The notes under the pieces were generated by a model, which saw only the letters and a list, made by a program, of their open reading frames with translations, was not told where the DNA came from and made no database searches. The position numbers and the translations under genes were made by a program. Source: Bacteroidetes bacterium MedPE-SWsnd-G2 (GTDB taxonomy: Bacteria > Bacteroidota > Bacteroidia > Flavobacteriales > Flavobacteriaceae). From it: a stretch of DNA of 64,000 nt. Positions 20,342 through 29,691 of this stretch are shown here, in pieces (within the stretch, counting starts at the first letter, position 1; the number at the start of each line of letters is the position of its first letter). The stretch spans positions 25,263 to 89,262 of the forward strand of contig MPDE01000012.1 in the NCBI GenBank assembly GCA_001874335.1, read 5' to 3'.

Positions 20342-21451
20342 TTATTCGCAATTGTTGGTTAAAGAATTTATCCATTCTTCTATTAATTGAGCGCCTTCAA
20401 TATGAGTAATAGTACGTCCTAATAAAGGCATTCTAATTGATTCTTCGGTGGAGTTAATTCTGGTGGCAATCACAGAGCGCTCGGCGTTACCAGGATTAAC
20501 AATATAGGTTAGGGAGGGGTCAAAAACTTCATGAGGCTCGATACATACGCCTAAGTTTGAGATGTCTTCAGATAGGTTGAATTCAAATCGAACAGGGCGA
20601 TAATCACAATGCCTTTCGTCTGCATGGCAGTGTGCACAATTAATATCTAAATAAGATCTCACTCTTAAATCTAATGGAAGCGCTTCATCTTCCCAGTTAA
20701 TTGTACTCACAATATGTTCTGGAAGGCTGTCTTCAAGATATCCAAATTCAATCCATTTTTGTAATTGATTCATACTTCCATCTGAATAGTTGTATGATTT
20801 ATTTAAATTTTGGGGTTTTGGCCCTATAGGCAATGCAACATCATTATCAGATTTATGGCAAGTCAAGCAATTTGATCCTGAAGGAATTCTGTAATTCACA
20901 TCCATTAATTCGGTTTCATGCATAAATTGAAAAGGAACAAAGCTTCCGTTTAAATCGAAGGTTGCTTCGGTCTGTTCTTCATTCCATACATAATTAGCAA
21001 AGACCCAACCTTCTTCTTTTTTAATTTGCAATCGGGTTTCAATAACTTGTGAAGTATTGTTAGGCTGCACATTATCGTAATAAAAATTCTTTATTAAAAT
21101 AGTGCCTAAAGGGAAATCTAAAATTGAATAATCGTTAACATAATTTGCTTTTGAGCCATCTGGCATCCAAACAAATCTCTTTTTATGCGCGTAGTCTGTA
21201 AATAAACCTGAGTTTAGGTTATAAGGAATCACGCCATAAACAGGCTCTAGTTCGACTAGATTGCCTTCAAAAAAGTTGTATTCACTTAAGGTTGTAAAGG
21301 GGAATGCCGCGAGGTCGTAATTTACTGGAGATTCCAGCACAGGGTCTTCTACCACTGGATCAACGGGGATATAATTATCATCGCTTCCGCAGGATAAAAG
21401 CGTAAAAGGAATTACTAAAATTCCTATCAAAAACAACCTAAAACTGGACAT
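20342..21451 (-). CDS. Lipoprotein with two CxxCH haem-c motifs (resembles the SO2930/HNE_0200-type dihaem cytochrome family)
   Basis: Lipobox LLSCGSDD and the motifs CLTCH and CAHCH. The family name is from memory. It lies 15 nt upstream of the FG-GAP gene. Confidence 0.7.
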   Translation of the reverse strand: MSSFRLFLIGILVIPFTLLSCGSDDNYIPVDPVVEDPVLESPVNYDLAAFPFTTLSEYNFFEGNLVELEPVYGVIPYNLNSGLFTDYAHKKRFVWMPDGSKANYVNDYSILDFPLGTILIKNFYYDNVQPNNTSQVIETRLQIKKEEGWVFANYVWNEEQTEATFDLNGSFVPFQFMHETELMDVNYRIPSGSNCLTCHKSDNDVALPIGPKPQNLNKSYNYSDGSMNQLQKWIEFGYLEDSLPEHIVSTINWEDEALPLDLRVRSYLDINCAHCHADERHCDYRPVRFEFNLSEDISNLGVCIEPHEVFDPSLTYIVNPGNAERSVIATRINSTEESIRMPLLGRTITHIEGAQLIEEWINSLTNNCE

Positions 21452-21593
21452 TTATAGTAAAATTTGGATTACTAATATAATTTAATTATCCAATTGTTTA
21501 CTAATTAATTAGTTGTATGACATAATTTTAGGGATAATAAGAAAAATCCTCAATGCAATGTGTTTGAAATGTATGTTTCCTTAAATCAATAAG

Positions 21594-22583
21594 TTACACT
21601 AAGTTTTGCTTCACTAAGTACTCTGCAATTTGAATCGTATTTGTAGCAGCTCCTTTTCGTAAATTATCACTTACTACCCATAAATTTAATGAGTTTGGTT
21701 GCGATCCATCACGACGAAGTCTTCCAACAAATACGTCATCCTTACCATTTGCATAGATGGGCATAGGGTATAAGTTTACATCAATATTATCTTGTAGAGT
21801 AATACCATCTGTATGATGTAATAAGGTTCTAACCTCCTTTAGGTCAAAATCGTTTTCAAACTCAACATTAATAGCCTCACTGTGTCCACCAGAAGTCGGT
21901 ATTCTCACGGCTGTAGCCGTTACAGCAATAGTATTATCGTTTAATATTTTTTGAGTTTCTCTTACCAATTTCATTTCTTCTTTGGTATAGCCATTCTCTT
22001 CAAAAACATCACAATGAGGTAATGCATTTTTATGAATAGGGTAAGGATACGCCATTTCTCCTTTTATACCAGCCATTTCGTTTTCAAGCTGCTTTACAGC
22101 TTTTACGCCAGTACCGCTTATAGATTGGTAGGTTGAAACTACAATTCGTTTTATTTTATATTTTTTATGTAAAGGAGCTAAAGCCAAGACCATTTGTATT
22201 GTAGAACAATTAGGATTGGCTATTATTTTATCGTCATTAGATAAATTTGAAGCATTGATTTCTGGAACTACCAATTGCTTACTGCGATCCATACGCCAGG
22301 CTGATGAATTGTCAATCACTGTAACTCCAGCTTCTGCAAATTTTGGAGCCCATTCTAAAGAAGTGTCTCCACCTGCTGAAAATAAAGCGATGTCTGGTTT
22401 CATACTTATTGCTGTAGATAGTCCAACAACAGGGTATTGTTTGTCCTTATAATCAATTAATTTCCCAACAGAGCGTTCTGAAGCAACAGGTATTAATTCT
22501 GTTACAGGAAAATTACGTTCGGCTAAAACTTTAAGCATTACTTCTCCAACCATACCGGTTGCACCAACAACTGCTACTTTCAT
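21594..22583 (-). CDS. asd: Aspartate-semialdehyde dehydrogenase
   Basis: MKVAVVGATGMVG, NPNCSTIQ (active-site Cys) and GAATNTIQIAE motifs. Confidence 0.95.
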   Translation of the reverse strand: MKVAVVGATGMVGEVMLKVLAERNFPVTELIPVASERSVGKLIDYKDKQYPVVGLSTAISMKPDIALFSAGGDTSLEWAPKFAEAGVTVIDNSSAWRMDRSKQLVVPEINASNLSNDDKIIANPNCSTIQMVLALAPLHKKYKIKRIVVSTYQSISGTGVKAVKQLENEMAGIKGEMAYPYPIHKNALPHCDVFEENGYTKEEMKLVRETQKILNDNTIAVTATAVRIPTSGGHSEAINVEFENDFDLKEVRTLLHHTDGITLQDNIDVNLYPMPIYANGKDDVFVGRLRRDGSQPNSLNLWVVSDNLRKGAATNTIQIAEYLVKQNLV

Positions 22584-22658
22584 AAGTCTAAAATATTTGA
22601 AAAGACAAAATTATAAGTTTTGAAGAGTACTATGATATTAAAAATGCTATTTTTTTAT

Positions 22659-22693
22659 TAAAAAAAACCGTAGCTAAATGAACTACGGTTTTT
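22659..22693 (-). terminator. Intrinsic terminator after mscL
   Basis: Hairpin aaccgtag-loop-ctacggtt, followed on the minus strand by T7. Confidence 0.75.
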
Positions 22694-22723
22694 GAATATA
22701 AGTAAGTAAAGTTAGGTGAGATA

Positions 22724-23131
22724 TTATTTTTTCATTAAGTCTCTTATTTCTGTAAGAAGCTGGTTGTCTGTTGGGCCTTCAGGAGCTTTAGGCGCTTCTT
22801 CTTTTGGTTTTTTAGTTTTGTTATAAGATTTTACCATCATAAACAATACAAAGCCTACAGTTATAAGGTTGATAATTGAGTTAATCCATTTGCCATATCT
22901 TATAGCGTTTTCAGGCGTTGTGATATTACCATTGGCATCAACAACTGCCTCAGATAATACAAATTTTAGGTCGGCGAAATCTAAGCCTCCGGAAAAATGT
23001 CCAACAATTGGCATCATTATATCGGCAACAAAGCCTTTTACAACCAAACTGACAGCGCCAGCTAAAATTACGGCAACGGCTAAATCAATAACATTACCGG
23101 TCATAATAAATTTCTTAAACTCTTTAAGCAT
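22724..23131 (-). CDS. mscL: Large-conductance mechanosensitive channel
   Basis: MLKEFKKFIMTGNVIDLAVAVILAGA N-terminus, two TM helices and a charged C-terminus. Confidence 0.93.
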   Translation of the reverse strand: MLKEFKKFIMTGNVIDLAVAVILAGAVSLVVKGFVADIMMPIVGHFSGGLDFADLKFVLSEAVVDANGNITTPENAIRYGKWINSIINLITVGFVLFMMVKSYNKTKKPKEEAPKAPEGPTDNQLLTEIRDLMKK

Positions 23132-23206
23132 AATTAAATTGTTTTGTGTTTAGGCAACAATTTAGTTAAAATTTTAACACCTTAATAAGTGCAAATCAAG
23201 ATGTTA

Positions 23207-24316
23207 TTAAGATGATGTGAACACCCTTTTAACTCGCTGTGAGATTGCGGTTAATAGCTCGTACGAAATTGTATTGGCTTTTTCGGCTAAATCTTCGGCT
23301 GTAAATTGGTGATCAAATAAGATGACTTCATCTCCTTCATTACAGTCAATACCTGTGATTTTAACCATAATCATGTCCATACAAACATTACCAATAATTG
23401 GAGCTTTTTTGCCGTTGATAAAAACATACCCCTTCTGCTGCCCAAATTGTCTGCTAATACCGTCAGCATGGCCAATAGGTATAGTAGCAGTGGTTTCAAA
23501 CGACTCACTTTTAAAAGCTCTATTATAACCCACAGATTCTCCTGGTTCAATCTGGTGAATTTGAGAAATTATCGATTTTAAGGCGGCAATCGGTTTTAAG
23601 TTTTTGTTTTCTGACTTGGAGTTGCCAAAACCATATAGTCCTATTCCGCATCTCACCATATCAAAATGCGCTTCAGGATAGTTTAATATTCCTGAAGTGT
23701 TACACATATGTTTCCAAGGCGCAATTTCTAAAGCTTCTGTTATGTGATTAGAAATAGAGTTGAATGTTGCCAATTGTGCTTTTGAAAATTCGGTTTCATT
23801 TGGATCTTCACTTGCTGCAAAATGAGAAAAAATGGATTTAACCAGCAGACTCTTTTCTAAATTTAATTCGCTTAAAATAAAGTCGATGTCATTTTCCCAA
23901 AACCCTAATCGGTTAAGTCCGGTATTAAATTTTAGGTGAATAGGATAAGCGTTTTGATGCTTTCTAATCGCAACCTCTTTAAACGCCTTTAAAACTTTTG
24001 GGCTGTAAATACTAGGCTCTAAACAACGTTCAATTAGCGTGCTGAAATTTGAAGGTTGTGGGTGTAATACAAGGATTGGTGTAGTGATCCCAGCGTTCCT
24101 TAAAGCAACACCTTCATCTGTATAGGCTACCGCAAAATAATCTACTCCAATAGTCTCCAGATGTTTCGCTATCGCCTGGGCATCACTGCCATATGCAAAA
24201 GCCTTGACCACCGCTAAAAATTTAGTATTGGATTTAAGTTTAGATTTAAGGTAGCGGTAATTATGCTCTAAAGCATTTAAATCAATTTCTAATATGGTTT
24301 CTTTAGCCTTGGGCAT
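23207..24316 (-). CDS. alr: Alanine racemase
   Basis: [10 protein letters not shown] (PLP-binding lysine context). I prefer the start at [20 protein letters not shown] (cat at 24314-24316). The track ORF extends to 24352 inside tdk. Confidence 0.9.
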   Translation of the reverse strand: MPKAKETILEIDLNALEHNYRYLKSKLKSNTKFLAVVKAFAYGSDAQAIAKHLETIGVDYFAVAYTDEGVALRNAGITTPILVLHPQPSNFSTLIERCLEPSIYSPKVLKAFKEVAIRKHQNAYPIHLKFNTGLNRLGFWENDIDFILSELNLEKSLLVKSIFSHFAASEDPNETEFSKAQLATFNSISNHITEALEIAPWKHMCNTSGILNYPEAHFDMVRCGIGLYGFGNSKSENKNLKPIAALKSIISQIHQIEPGESVGYNRAFKSESFETTATIPIGHADGISRQFGQQKGYVFINGKKAPIIGNVCMDMIMVKITGIDCNEGDEVILFDHQFTAEDLAEKANTISYELLTAISQRVKRVFTSS

Positions 24317-24956
24317 CAAAAAGATTTTCGTTTGAAGTAAGGTCTTCAACATCGTTAACCTCCATGCCTTTTACCTTCTCTTTAAGTCTCGCTTTGTAAA
24401 AAGCACCGCGGCTTAGAGGCTCGTATTCTTCAACTTCACCCAATAAAACAATATCTTCACTCTTAGCTTTTCTAAAGCTATATTGAGCAAGATTACCTGT
24501 TCTTGTGCAGACAGCATGTACCTTGGTGACGTATTCTGCAGTTGCCATTAAATTGGGCATTGGGCCAAAGGGATTACCCTTAAAATCCATGTCTAAACCG
24601 GCAACAATTACTCGAATACCTTTGTTGGCTAAATCGTTACAAACTCTAACAATTTCATCGTCAAAAAACTGTGCTTCATCAATACCAACTACATCACAGC
24701 CGTCCGCTAGAATTGGAATATTTGCTGCTGCAGGAACAGGTGTAGAACGAATTTCGTTATCATCATGAGAGACTACTTTTTCGTCGTCATACCTAACGTC
24801 TATTGAGGGTTTAAAGATTTCAACTCGTTGCTTTGCAAATTGCGCACGCTTTAATCGTCTGATTAATTCTTCTGTTTTTCCAGAGAACATCGAGCCACAA
24901 ATTACTTCAATCCAACCAAATTGTTCTTTATGATTTACTGTATTTTCGAGAAACAT
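24303..24956 (-). CDS. tdk: Thymidine kinase
   Basis: [15 protein letters not shown]-loop, [10 protein letters not shown] and a C-terminal zinc-ribbon-like region. Confidence 0.95.
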   Translation of the reverse strand: MFLENTVNHKEQFGWIEVICGSMFSGKTEELIRRLKRAQFAKQRVEIFKPSIDVRYDDEKVVSHDDNEIRSTPVPAAANIPILADGCDVVGIDEAQFFDDEIVRVCNDLANKGIRVIVAGLDMDFKGNPFGPMPNLMATAEYVTKVHAVCTRTGNLAQYSFRKAKSEDIVLLGEVEEYEPLSRGAFYKARLKEKVKGMEVNDVEDLTSNENLFDAQG

Positions 24957-25009
24957 TTTGTAATTTTAACACTAAAACAAAGCTAATCTTCGTTTCCATA
25001 AAGGTGGCG

Positions 25010-25017
25010 CAAATTTA
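25010..25017 (-). promoter_or_regulatory. Candidate -7 box (TAAATTTG on the minus strand) upstream of tdk
   Basis: The reverse complement of caaattta matches TAnnTTTG, about 50 nt upstream of the tdk start. Confidence 0.35.
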
Positions 25018-25058
25018 TCAAAAAACAAAAGCATAGAATAGATTAAATTTTAAAAGTT

Positions 25059-25796
25059 ATGAAGAAGAAATTAGAATCAGAATTAATGAGTATCGCCCAT
25101 AGGATTCTAAAATTAAAAGGCAAGGAAGATGTTGAAAAAATGCATGAAGAAGTGGCTGTGCTGTATGAAAAACTAACTGTTTTAAAGTTTGCTCAGGAAA
25201 ATTTTGACGAAAAAATGCCGACTATTGGCGCCGATTCTTCATTCTTTGGAATGTTAGATGAGGCCTTTAATAATACGGTTTCTGATACGGTTACTGTTGA
25301 TGATCAGGTCTATGTTAATTTGGATGAAACCGAAAAAACACCAATCACAGAACCCTTAATGGAGAAGATCAAGGATATCGTTGCACAAATGCCAGAAGAG
25401 TCTCAACAAGTAGACGATTTGTTTTCTGATGTCATAGAACCAAAAGCGAATGGATTTAAAAATGACTTTGAAGAAATCACTGCTGATTTTAAAGAAATGC
25501 CAGTTTTTGAGCCTGTGGAAAAAGAGGTAGTTCTTGAAGAAAAAAAATCATTAAATGATAAATTAAAATCAGGTTTAATGATTGGTTTAAATGACAGACT
25601 TGCTTTTGTGAACCACCTATTTGATGGCCAAAATGAAGATTATGAGCGTGTATTGTCTCAAATCAATACGTCAGATTCCTTTGAAGACGCACAGGCATTT
25701 ATTCAAGATTATGTCAAGCCCGATCATAACAATTGGGTTGGTAAAGAGGCTTATGAAGAACGTTTTCTTGAAATAGTTTCTGCGAAATTTAATTAA
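25059..25796 (+). CDS. Acidic hypothetical protein
   Basis: Long ORF with uniform codon usage, rich in E and D, with no motif I recognise. Confidence 0.6.
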   Translation: MKKKLESELMSIAHRILKLKGKEDVEKMHEEVAVLYEKLTVLKFAQENFDEKMPTIGADSSFFGMLDEAFNNTVSDTVTVDDQVYVNLDETEKTPITEPLMEKIKDIVAQMPEESQQVDDLFSDVIEPKANGFKNDFEEITADFKEMPVFEPVEKEVVLEEKKSLNDKLKSGLMIGLNDRLAFVNHLFDGQNEDYERVLSQINTSDSFEDAQAFIQDYVKPDHNNWVGKEAYEERFLEIVSAKFN

Positions 25797-25803
25797 GCAC
25801 TTT

Positions 25804-26160
25804 ATGAAAATTACCAAAGCCATTTATTGGGGATCAACGGTATTGCTTTGTGCATTGATGTTGTTTTCTGCGGGAATGTATTTTGTCAATACCGAAGAAG
25901 TAAAAACAATATTTGAAGGTTTTGGTTATCCAAGTTATATCGTAATACCATTGGCAATTTTAAAGGTTGCTGGGGTAATTACAATTCTATTGAAAAAGAA
26001 TAAGTGGTTAACAGAATGGGCCTATGCTGGTTTTTTCTTTGATTTGGTTCTGGCTACTGCCGCGCATTATTATGCTGGCGACGGTTTAGGAGTTTCTTTC
26101 TTTGCTATGTTTTTAGTTTTAGCATCTTATTTTACAGCTAATTCTGTGAGGCCATATTAG
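25804..26160 (+). CDS. DoxX-like small integral membrane protein
   Basis: Four hydrophobic helices in 118 aa. The family call is from overall resemblance only. Confidence 0.6.
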   Translation: MKITKAIYWGSTVLLCALMLFSAGMYFVNTEEVKTIFEGFGYPSYIVIPLAILKVAGVITILLKKNKWLTEWAYAGFFFDLVLATAAHYYAGDGLGVSFFAMFLVLASYFTANSVRPY

Positions 26161-26211
26161 TATTTTATCCTGTATAATTCACGTTATTTGCAAAATTAAT
26201 ATACTTCGTTT

Positions 26212-26883
26212 ATGTCTAAATTGTTCATTGTACCTACACCCATAGGAAATTTAAAGGATATTACCTTTAGAGCTATTGAAGTCTTAAAATCTGTAGATTT
26301 AATTCTGGCAGAAGATACAAGGACAACAGGAAAGCTATTGAAACATTTTGAAATTGCTACACCTTCGCAGTCTCATCATATGCACAATGAACATCGTACA
26401 ATCGATCAGTTAATTCAGAAATTAAAGAGTGGTTATTCTATAGCCTTGGTTAGTGATGCTGGTACACCAGCCATTTCGGATCCCGGGTTTTTATTAAGTA
26501 GAGCTTGCATAGAACATGACATTGAAATTGAGTGTTTACCTGGTGCAACAGCATTTGTTCCGGCACTTGTAAATAGTGGTTTACCAAATGATAAGTTTGT
26601 TTTTGAAGGTTTTTTACCCGTTAAAAAAGGCAGACAAACACGATTAAAACTACTCGCAGAAGAAACAAGAACCATAATTTTTTACGAATCGCCGCATAAA
26701 TTGCTAAAAACTCTAGGTCACTTTTGTGAATATTTTGGAGAGGAGCGACCAGTTTCAGTATCTCGAGAACTCACCAAACTTTACGAGGAAACCATTAGAG
26801 GCACAGCAAAAGAAGTTCTTGAATATTACACTCAAAAACCACCCAAAGGTGAGATTGTAATAATAGTTGGTGGAAAAAAATAA
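26212..26883 (+). CDS. rsmI: 16S rRNA (cytidine1402-2'-O)-methyltransferase
   Basis: LFIVPTPIGNLKDIT.RA...L..VDLILAEDTR and SDAGTPAISDPG motifs. Confidence 0.93.
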   Translation: MSKLFIVPTPIGNLKDITFRAIEVLKSVDLILAEDTRTTGKLLKHFEIATPSQSHHMHNEHRTIDQLIQKLKSGYSIALVSDAGTPAISDPGFLLSRACIEHDIEIECLPGATAFVPALVNSGLPNDKFVFEGFLPVKKGRQTRLKLLAEETRTIIFYESPHKLLKTLGHFCEYFGEERPVSVSRELTKLYEETIRGTAKEVLEYYTQKPPKGEIVIIVGGKK

Positions 26884-26923
26884 CCCCGCAAAATGCGAGG
26901 TTTTATAATGTGGTGAATAGCTT

Positions 26924-27514
26924 TTAAATGTGCTTTCCTTTTTCCCAGCCATGTTTACCTAAGTATTGATTCCCGCTTTCAACGGCACCATCTTCAATAG
27001 ATGTTCCCATACTATCATTCCAACGGTTTAAATAACCAAATAACGAAATCACACCAAGCATTTCTACAATTTCTCCTTCATTCCAATGTTCGTATAACTT
27101 GGCTTTAATAGTTTGGTCTACAGCATTTGGTACTTGACTAGCTGCTAAAGAAAAGTCTAAGGCAGCACGTTCGGCATCATTAAATGCAGGATGGGTTCTA
27201 TATTCCCAGATGTTATCTAGCTGTTCTTGTTCTGCGCCATAACGCTCGGCAGCGCGAATGGCATGAGCTTGGCAATATCTGCAACCAGTACTGTTACTGC
27301 TAACCCAAGCAATCATTCGTTTTAAGGCTGAGGTTACTCGACCTTCGTTGGCCATTACGGCCTTGTTTAAGTTTATAAAGGCTTTGCTAATAGCAGGTCT
27401 CCGTTGCATTGTTAAAACAGAATTTGGACAAAACCCTAAGGTTTCATTAAAGAATTCGGCCAATGCTTTAGTTTCTAAATCATGATCGGCAGGAAGTGGT
27501 GTTACTAATGGCAT
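26924..27514 (-). CDS. Carboxymuconolactone decarboxylase/AhpD-like peroxidase-related protein
   Basis: CRYCQAHA CxxC..H motif within an AhpD-like helical fold pattern. Confidence 0.8.
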   Translation of the reverse strand: MPLVTPLPADHDLETKALAEFFNETLGFCPNSVLTMQRRPAISKAFINLNKAVMANEGRVTSALKRMIAWVSSNSTGCRYCQAHAIRAAERYGAEQEQLDNIWEYRTHPAFNDAERAALDFSLAASQVPNAVDQTIKAKLYEHWNEGEIVEMLGVISLFGYLNRWNDSMGTSIEDGAVESGNQYLGKHGWEKGKHI

Positions 27515-27580
27515 TTTAGTATATTTTTAAGTTTATAAGTAGTATTTTTGAATGAACAAGAAACAAAAAAAACTTTACAT

Positions 27581-27991
27581 ATGTCTCATAAGGTCACTAC
27601 CCAATGGAAAGGAAATATGAATTTTGAAGCGGATAATCCTGGAGGGAAATCTTTGGTTATGGATGATGGTTCGAGTGGAGAAGCGAGCAGTCCCAAAGCA
27701 ATGATGTTAGCATCACTAGCAGCTTGTTCTGGTTTGGATGTGGTTTCGGTACTCGAGAAAATGAAGATTGAAATCGATGATTTTAAAATGGAAACTACAG
27801 GTGAACTTACCGAAGAGCATCCTAAATATTACCATTCTGTATCGGTTGAATATCACTTTTATGGTTCAGAATTAAATGAATCAAAGATTAAAAGAGCTGT
27901 AGATTTATCTATAGAAAAGTACTGTGGTGTTATGGAAATGTTTCGAAAATTTGCCAAGGTGACGACAAGCATTCACTATCATAATAGTTAA
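27581..27991 (+). CDS. OsmC/Ohr family protein
   Basis: SPKAMMLASLAACSGLDV motif. I prefer the ATG at 27581 (MSHKVTTQWKG) over the TTG at 27548. Confidence 0.85.
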   Translation: MSHKVTTQWKGNMNFEADNPGGKSLVMDDGSSGEASSPKAMMLASLAACSGLDVVSVLEKMKIEIDDFKMETTGELTEEHPKYYHSVSVEYHFYGSELNESKIKRAVDLSIEKYCGVMEMFRKFAKVTTSIHYHNS

Positions 27992-27993
27992 CT

Positions 27994-29685
27994 ATGCGTT
28001 GGATTCTAAAGCCAAAACCTGACGAGAACATTGTGGAAAACATGGCTCAAGAGTTGGGGGTAGATGCAACTATTTCAAGCTTATTGGCACAACGAGGGAT
28101 TAAATCCTTTAGTCAAGCCAAAACCTTTTTTAGACCAGAATTAAATAGCTTACATGATCCCTTTTTAATGAAGGATATGGATTTGGCTGTGGCTCGAATT
28201 GAACAAGCACTGGCAAAAGGTGAACGCATTTTGGTTTATGGAGATTATGATGTAGACGGAACAACTTCGGTAGCCTTAATGTCTTCCTATTTAAAAACAA
28301 GAACTTCCGAAATATCAACTTATATCCCTGATCGTTATAAGGAAGGTTATGGTGTGTCTTATCAAGGTATTGATTATGCACACGATAATGAATTTACATT
28401 GATCGTAGCTTTAGACTGCGGGATTAAAGCCATAGAAAAGGTTGAATATGCTAAGCAAAAAGGTATTGATTTTATCATTTGTGATCATCACAGGCCGGGA
28501 GATGAAATTCCGAATGCGGTTGCTGTATTAGATCCGAAGCGTGAAGATTGTGATTATCCCTATAAAGAACTTTGTGGGTGCGGTGTTGGGTTTAAATTAA
28601 TTCAAGCACTAGCTTATAAAAACGGGAGCTCGTTAGATTCTCTTGTGCCATATTTAGATCTAGTTGCTACTGCGATAGGGGCAGATATTGTGCCAATTAC
28701 TGGTGAAAATAGAGTGTTAGCGTATCATGGTTTAAAGGTCATAAATGAGTCACCTCGACCAGGTATGAAAGCCATTATAGATCAGTTTAAAAAAGATAAA
28801 TTAAGCATTACCGATGTGGTGTTTTTAATTGCGCCTCGAATTAATGCCGCTGGCAGAATGAAACATGGAAATCATGCTGTGACCTTACTTACGGAAACAG
28901 ATATTAATAATGCCATGAATTATGCAGTTGATATTGATAAGTACAATTCAGATAGAAAGGATGCTGATAAGGCAATTACTAAAGAAGCCTTGAAGCAAAT
29001 TGAAGACAATGCCGAGCAAGAGCGATTCACCTCTGTGGTTTATCAAGAAGATTGGCATAAGGGGGTTATAGGAATTGTAGCTTCAAGATTGATAGAAACT
29101 TATTATCGCCCAACATTAGTCTTTACCAAAAGCGGAGATAAATTAGCAGCATCAGCACGATCGGTGTATGGATTTGATGTTTACAATGCATTGTCCAATT
29201 GCAGTGCTCATATTGAACAATTTGGAGGTCATATGTATGCCGCTGGATTAACGATAAAAGAAGAGAATTACGAGGCTTTTAAAGCAGCCTTTGAAGCTGA
29301 AGTTAAAAACAGCATAGACCCAAAATTATTAACGCCTGAAATTAAAATTGATGCGCAACTAGGATTGAATCAAATTTCAGATAAGTTTTATAGAATTTTA
29401 AAACAGTTTGCTCCCTTTGGTCCTGGAAATCCTTCGCCAGTATTTATGAGTGATGATCTTACGGATACTGGTTATGGCAAATGTGTGGGTGAAGATAAAG
29501 ACCATCTGCGACTTACCGTGCAACAGAATGCTTCAAAACAGTTTGTATGCATTGGTTTTGGATTAGGTAAAAAGATAGAACTTGCAGGAAAAGGAAAGCG
29601 ATTTAAGGCAGCCTATTGCTTGGATGAAAACCATTGGAATGGTGTAACCAATTTGCAATTTAGGTTAAAGGATATAATGGCGTAA
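27994..29685 (+). CDS. recJ: Single-stranded-DNA-specific exonuclease RecJ
   Basis: DHH motifs (VYGDYDVDGTTS, LDCG, ICDHH) and DHHA1 (GGHMYAAG). Confidence 0.95.
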   Translation: MRWILKPKPDENIVENMAQELGVDATISSLLAQRGIKSFSQAKTFFRPELNSLHDPFLMKDMDLAVARIEQALAKGERILVYGDYDVDGTTSVALMSSYLKTRTSEISTYIPDRYKEGYGVSYQGIDYAHDNEFTLIVALDCGIKAIEKVEYAKQKGIDFIICDHHRPGDEIPNAVAVLDPKREDCDYPYKELCGCGVGFKLIQALAYKNGSSLDSLVPYLDLVATAIGADIVPITGENRVLAYHGLKVINESPRPGMKAIIDQFKKDKLSITDVVFLIAPRINAAGRMKHGNHAVTLLTETDINNAMNYAVDIDKYNSDRKDADKAITKEALKQIEDNAEQERFTSVVYQEDWHKGVIGIVASRLIETYYRPTLVFTKSGDKLAASARSVYGFDVYNALSNCSAHIEQFGGHMYAAGLTIKEENYEAFKAAFEAEVKNSIDPKLLTPEIKIDAQLGLNQISDKFYRILKQFAPFGPGNPSPVFMSDDLTDTGYGKCVGEDKDHLRLTVQQNASKQFVCIGFGLGKKIELAGKGKRFKAAYCLDENHWNGVTNLQFRLKDIMA

Positions 29686-29691
29686 AGAAGA

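Noticed and set aside
24303-24352. Apparent 50-nt overlap between alr and tdk
   Set aside because: It is most likely an artefact of taking the first ATG. Starting alr at MPKAKE (24316) reduces the overlap to 14 nt and matches the usual alanine racemase N-terminus.
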